Shown here: positions 5,940 to 10,900 of the stretch, piece by piece
Layout: every line of letters begins with the position of its first letter
How positions within the stretch are numbered: position 1 is the first letter of the stretch
Assembly: GCA_051746725.1 (NCBI GenBank)
Contig: JBNJFI010000040.1
Span: 7,367-18,266, forward strand
Source of the DNA: Fusobacteriota bacterium
Lineage (GTDB): Bacteria; Fusobacteriota; Fusobacteriia; Fusobacteriales; JBNJFI01
Length of the DNA stretch: 10,900 nucleotides
Reading direction: 5' to 3'
Program-made: the position numbers and the translations under genes
The notes under the pieces: model-generated
What the model was told of the DNA's origin: nothing
Seen by the model: only the letters and a program-made list of their open reading frames with translations
Databases searched by the model: none

Positions 5940-8900
5940 TTGGATAAAAACTATATATTAGAGGAAAAAATATTAGAAAGTAAATACTATGATATTTATA
6001 AAGCTCATATTCCAAAGACAAAAGAAAAAGTAGTTATAAAAAAACTAAAAAATTATAGAGGATTTGAAATAAACTTAGCGAAGTTAAGAAAAGAGTACAA
6101 AATTATAAAAAGTTTAGAAAAAAAAGTTGAAGACATGCCAGTGAGTATAGACTTTTATAAAGAAAAAAGTGAGGCTGGATTTATTTTAGGAGAAATATAT
6201 GGAGAAAGACTTCGAAAAATTATGAATAATAAAATTGATATTTCGGATTTTTTGAAAAGTGGGATAAATATTGCTCATAAGATTAAAGAGATACAAGATT
6301 TTGGACTTATATTAAAAACTTGTACACCGGATTATATATTCTATGATTCGAGCTTAGAAAAAGTACAACTTATAAATTTTGAATTTTCATCGGAATTAGA
6401 ACATGAGTCAGGAGAAATAATAGATTCAAAATTAATATATCACTATAAAAACATATTACCATATATATCCCCTGAACAAACTGGAAGATTAAAAAGAGAT
6501 TCTGATTATAGATCTATATTTTATTCATTAGGGATTATCTTTTTTGAAATGTTATCAAACAGATTGCCATTTAATTCAAAGGACCCCTTAATGTTAGTTC
6601 ATTCACATATAGCGAAACAGCCAGAGAGTTTAATAGAAATAGATTCAGAGATCCCTAGAGTAATATCGGATATAGTGAATAGATTATTAGAAAAATCACC
6701 AGAGAAGAGATATCAAAGTTTAAGTGGACTTATTGATGATTTAGAAAGATGTAGAAGTTTATTGAAAAATGAGGGAAGAATCAGATATTTCAATATTGGT
6801 AAAACAGATATCGTAGGAAAATTTATGATATCTAATAAAATATATGGAAGAGAGAAGGAAGAAATAAAAATACTAAATGAATATAAAAAAGTATTAGAAG
6901 GAGAATCAAGGCTATTAATGGTTTCAGGATACTCTGGGATAGGAAAAACTGCTTTAGTTGAAAAAATACAAGTTAATACTTTAAAAGATAGAGGGAATTA
7001 TCTTTCGGGAAAATTTGATCAATTAAAAAGAGATATACCTTATTATCCTGTGATTAATGCTTTTAAAAATTTTATAAAAGAGATATTATTAACTGATAAT
7101 GAAAAAAAAGATTATTGGAAGAAAAGAATAGAAGAGGCGTTGAAAAATAATGGGAAAGTAATAACTCAAGAAATACCTATTCTAAAAAAGTTGATAGGAG
7201 AACAACCAGATATACTAGAGCTTTCAGGTGCAGAATATCAAAATAGATTTAATATAACTTTTCTGAATTTTGTGAGAGCATTTGCTTCAAAAGATCATCC
7301 TCTTATCATTTTCTTGGATGATTTACAATGGAGTGATCTTGCTTCTCTTAATTTGATAAAGATAATTTTGGAAAATGATAATATGAATTATATTTATATA
7401 ATAGGAGCTTATAGAAATAATGAAGTTTTTCCAGGACATAACTTATTCGTTACAATCGACGAGTTAAAATCAGAAGGTATAGAAGTCGAAGATATTCTTT
7501 TAGAACCAATCTCAAAAAAGGATACTTATAATCTTATAATGGATTCATTTCAATGTGATGAAAAAAAAGGTGGGGAATTAGCTAATATATCTCATCAAAT
7601 AAGTATGGGAAATCCTTTTTTGTTGAAGGAATTTTTATGGTATCTCAAGGAAAATGGATATATATATTTTGATATGGAAAATGCCATATGGAATTGGAAT
7701 ATTTCGCATATTAAATCAGAAATGAAATCCGAAACTAGTAATGATTTAGTGAAAAACAGATTAGATAAACTTCCAAAAAAGTGCCTGGAGGTTTTAAAAT
7801 ATGCAGCATGTATAGGAAGCAGTTTTGATTTGAAGAGTTTAATAATATTACTGAGAGAATCTCCCCAAGTAATATTAAATAGATTGTGGAAAGCACTACA
7901 AAATGGATTTATAATTCCTCTTACAGAGTCATATAAATATATAAAAGAGGATAGTGATCAAATAGTAGAATTTAAATTTTTTCATGATAGAATACAAAAA
8001 GCTGCATATGAATTAATAGAGACATCAAAACGATCTATTTTCCATAAAAAAGTGGCCTTATTGCTTCTAGATGAACTAGAAGAAAATGAAATAGAAGAAG
8101 AGATATTTAATATAACAAATCATTTAAATAAAGCATATAGTGATGTTAATAACTTGTATGATATAAAAAATGTAGATGAAAAATCTATGATGATTGAGTT
8201 TAATTTAAGAGCAGGTTTAAAAGCAAAAAAATCATCAGCATATGCCACTGCATATAATTATTTTGAAATAGCAATAAAACATTTAGATAAAAATGATTGG
8301 AATAAAAGGTATAAGACTACTTTAGAATTATATATAAATGCCTGTGAATGTGCCTATTTAACTGCAGATTTTGAGTCCATGCATAAGTATTTTAAAAGAA
8401 TAATTAAAAATTCAAAAAAGATAGAAGAAAAGATAAGAGTTTATGAAATTATAATACAATCATATGTGGCTAGAAATAAGCCGTGGGATGCAGTAAAAAA
8501 AGCTCTTGAAATTTTAGAAATAATGGATATTGATATACCATCTCCTAACAAGATAAATCTATTGAAATCTCTTGTAAGCTGTGAATTTATATTAAATAAA
8601 TATACTATTGATGAGATAAAAGCGCTGCCAGACATGAATAATTATAAAATAGAATCTGCAATGAGAATAATTGGAAGTATTGCAGCAGCTTCTTTTATTG
8701 TAAATAACGATCTATATGTAATATTGATAATAAAGATGGTGAAATTTTCTATTAAACATGGTAATTCTCCTATGTCTGCATTTGCTTATTCTAACTATGG
8801 ATTAATAGCCACATCAGCTCTCTATCTTATTAAGAAAGGTTATGCATATGGGAATTTAGCATTATTTTTATTAAATAAATATAATGCTAAAAAATTAAAA

Positions 8901-10900
8901 TCTAGAGTATATATGTTATATAATACTACTATTAGATATTATTCTGAGCCTATTGTTAATACCTATAAAGATCTTCTTGAAGGATATAAAGTTGGTTTAG
9001 AAACTGGAGATTTAGAATATGGAACTTACGATGCAGCAGTATATGGATATAATTCCTTTTTTGCAGGAAATAATTTACAAGAATATTATAAAAAAATATA
9101 TGATTTTTCTAAAAATATAAAAGTTTTAAAACAGGATTTACAGTATAATTATATAATAATTTTCTGTCAAGCGGTATATAATTTAACAAAAAAGAGAAAG
9201 GATTTCATAAAACTTGATGGTCCCCATTATAATTCTAAATTAGTCTTAGAAGAAATGCATAACGCAGATAATAAACATGGGATATTTAATTTTTACATAA
9301 TACAATTGATATTAGGATATATTTTTGGAGATTGTAGTGCTATGAAAGATACAATTAAAAATGGAGGAAAGTATAAAAAATCTGCCTTAGGTTTTATTCA
9401 ATATCCTGAGTATCATTTTTATGAATCATTAGGAATATTAAGATGTAGAACAAATTACCATGGAAAGAACAGTATTAAGTCAAGATTTCAAATAATTCGA
9501 AATCAAATAAAATTGAAATATTGGTCTAAAAATGCTCCTGAAAACTTTAAACATAAATATTTATTGGTGGAAGCTGAAAGGAATAGAGTTTCTGGAAATA
9601 GGGAAAAAGCTATAAAATTATATGATGAATCCATATTAGAAGCAAAGATAAATGGTTTTGTTAATATAGAAGCTATAGCCAATGAAGCAGCAGGAAGATT
9701 TTATATATCTACTAATAGAAATAAAATAGCTGGATTATATATGCATGAAGCCAAAAAGTGTTATAAGAAATGGGGAGCTAATGCGAAAGTATATGAAATT
9801 CAAAAAAGGTATAAAGAAATAATGCCTGAAATAATGGATGAAGATGACACAGAAAACAGCTTTGATATGTTTTCTATGATAAAATCTTCCAATATATTAT
9901 TAGATGAAATTGATCTTGAAAAACTATTAAAACAGATGATGAAAATAGTTGTTGAGAATGCTGGTGCCCAAAAAGGGATATTATTATTAGAAGATCAAGG
10001 TGAATTTTATATTGAATCTGAATTGGAAGAGTCCAAGGGAGTGGAGCGAATTCTTATTCATGAAAATTATGATTTAAGTAAAAATTTATCCATTAAAGTT
10101 ATTGAAAGAATAATAAAATCTAAAGATATAGTTATACTAGATAATGCTTTTAAAACAAGGTACTTTAAAGAAACAAATTATATAAAGAAAAATAATATTA
10201 AATCAATTTTAGGGATGCCTTTAATAAAAGATAATAAAATTTTAGCTATTTTATATCTTGAAAATAATTTAGTATCAGGAGCTTTTAGCCAGGAAAGAAT
10301 AAATGTATTAAAGTTAATATCTTCTGAAATAATTATATCCCTTGAAAATGCTAAATTATATAGAAAATTGCAAAACTATAATCAAGAACTAGAACAAAAA
10401 GTTCGAGAAAGAACATCTGAATTGGAAATTTTAAATAGAAGTTTAGATGGAAGACGAAAAGAAGCTGAGGAAGCTAAAAAAATAGCAGAAAAAGCCACAG
10501 CTGCTAAAAGTGAATTTATCGCAAATATGAGCCATGAAATAAGAACTCCTATGAATGGAATAATAGGGCTTGCAGACATACTAGGGAAAACTAAGTTGAC
10601 CCCAAAACAAAAAAAGTTTATAAAAAATATACAGATTTCAGCTAACCATTTACATAATATAATAAACGATATTTTAGATTTTTCTAAAATTGAAGCTCAT
10701 AAAATTAAATTAGAAAATATAAATTTTGAATTAGATGAGATATTTGAAAATACATATCAAGTATTAAAAAATAGTGCAAATAATAAAGGGATAAAATTAA
10801 AAATGGAGATCAAAAAAGATGTTCCAAACTCCTTAAATGGCGATCCAACAAGACTAAAACAAATTTTAATAAATTTAATTGGAAATGCTATAAAATTTAC
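5940..10900 (+). CDS. Multidomain Ser/Thr-kinase-like / AAA (STAND) ATPase / helical-repeat / GAF / sensor histidine kinase, 3'-partial
   Basis: Hand translation from TTG5940 (in-frame TAA at 5937-5939; RBS AAGGGA 5928-5933) is stop-free to the window end (more than 1650 aa). Motifs: YISPEQTGR (6462-6488), IYGRE, Walker A GYSGIGKT (6927-6950), Walker [34 protein letters not shown] (ENAGAQKG...LYLENN), VRERT helix, H-box [14 protein letters not shown] (His 10533-10535), N-box NLIGNAIKF. Confidence 0.93.
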   Translation, partial: MDKNYILEEKILESKYYDIYKAHIPKTKEKVVIKKLKNYRGFEINLAKLRKEYKIIKSLEKKVEDMPVSIDFYKEKSEAGFILGEIYGERLRKIMNNKIDISDFLKSGINIAHKIKEIQDFGLILKTCTPDYIFYDSSLEKVQLINFEFSSELEHESGEIIDSKLIYHYKNILPYISPEQTGRLKRDSDYRSIFYSLGIIFFEMLSNRLPFNSKDPLMLVHSHIAKQPESLIEIDSEIPRVISDIVNRLLEKSPEKRYQSLSGLIDDLERCRSLLKNEGRIRYFNIGKTDIVGKFMISNKIYGREKEEIKILNEYKKVLEGESRLLMVSGYSGIGKTALVEKIQVNTLKDRGNYLSGKFDQLKRDIPYYPVINAFKNFIKEILLTDNEKKDYWKKRIEEALKNNGKVITQEIPILKKLIGEQPDILELSGAEYQNRFNITFLNFVRAFASKDHPLIIFLDDLQWSDLASLNLIKIILENDNMNYIYIIGAYRNNEVFPGHNLFVTIDELKSEGIEVEDILLEPISKKDTYNLIMDSFQCDEKKGGELANISHQISMGNPFLLKEFLWYLKENGYIYFDMENAIWNWNISHIKSEMKSETSNDLVKNRLDKLPKKCLEVLKYAACIGSSFDLKSLIILLRESPQVILNRLWKALQNGFIIPLTESYKYIKEDSDQIVEFKFFHDRIQKAAYELIETSKRSIFHKKVALLLLDELEENEIEEEIFNITNHLNKAYSDVNNLYDIKNVDEKSMMIEFNLRAGLKAKKSSAYATAYNYFEIAIKHLDKNDWNKRYKTTLELYINACECAYLTADFESMHKYFKRIIKNSKKIEEKIRVYEIIIQSYVARNKPWDAVKKALEILEIMDIDIPSPNKINLLKSLVSCEFILNKYTIDEIKALPDMNNYKIESAMRIIGSIAAASFIVNNDLYVILIIKMVKFSIKHGNSPMSAFAYSNYGLIATSALYLIKKGYAYGNLALFLLNKYNAKKLKSRVYMLYNTTIRYYSEPIVNTYKDLLEGYKVGLETGDLEYGTYDAAVYGYNSFFAGNNLQEYYKKIYDFSKNIKVLKQDLQYNYIIIFCQAVYNLTKKRKDFIKLDGPHYNSKLVLEEMHNADNKHGIFNFYIIQLILGYIFGDCSAMKDTIKNGGKYKKSALGFIQYPEYHFYESLGILRCRTNYHGKNSIKSRFQIIRNQIKLKYWSKNAPENFKHKYLLVEAERNRVSGNREKAIKLYDESILEAKINGFVNIEAIANEAAGRFYISTNRNKIAGLYMHEAKKCYKKWGANAKVYEIQKRYKEIMPEIMDEDDTENSFDMFSMIKSSNILLDEIDLEKLLKQMMKIVVENAGAQKGILLLEDQGEFYIESELEESKGVERILIHENYDLSKNLSIKVIERIIKSKDIVILDNAFKTRYFKETNYIKKNNIKSILGMPLIKDNKILAILYLENNLVSGAFSQERINVLKLISSEIIISLENAKLYRKLQNYNQELEQKVRERTSELEILNRSLDGRRKEAEEAKKIAEKATAAKSEFIANMSHEIRTPMNGIIGLADILGKTKLTPKQKKFIKNIQISANHLHNIINDILDFSKIEAHKIKLENINFELDEIFENTYQVLKNSANNKGIKLKMEIKKDVPNSLNGDPTRLKQILINLIGNAIKF

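Noticed and set aside
8238..8245. GCATATGC resembling the operator core
   Set aside because: It is intragenic (Ala-Tyr-Ala codons) and lacks the TTTGT/ACAAA flanks.
5811..10900. Apparent 5-kb non-coding gap, and minus ORFs 8441-8635 and 10382-10579
   Set aside because: The gap is an artefact: a + strand frame from 5940 runs off the window without a stop. The small ORFs are its antisense shadows.

Overview
A very AT-rich bacterial window, probably from an anaerobe given the gene content; taxon cannot be fixed from the sequence. All credible genes are on the + strand. The left half (1-4821) is a cluster of uncharacterised function: a single PQ-loop/SemiSWEET-like membrane protein, a NifB/NifX-family protein translationally coupled to a TDT (TehA/SLAC1) transporter, two tandem Gly/Arg-rich DUF5320-like proteins, a second NifB/NifX protein and two MinD-superfamily P-loop ATPases with inserted 2x[4Fe-4S] ferredoxin domains. 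The DUF5320-ATPase unit has a perfect sigma70 promoter followed by two identical 18-bp near-palindromic boxes. Then comes pcm with its own promoter. The right half (5940 to beyond 10900) is one ORF of more than 1650 aa missing from the ORF track: Ser/Thr-kinase-like domain, STAND/AAA ATPase, helical repeats, GAF and histidine kinase. Its kinase domain has lost the catalytic residues (pseudokinase). No RNA genes, CRISPR arrays or mobile elements were seen.
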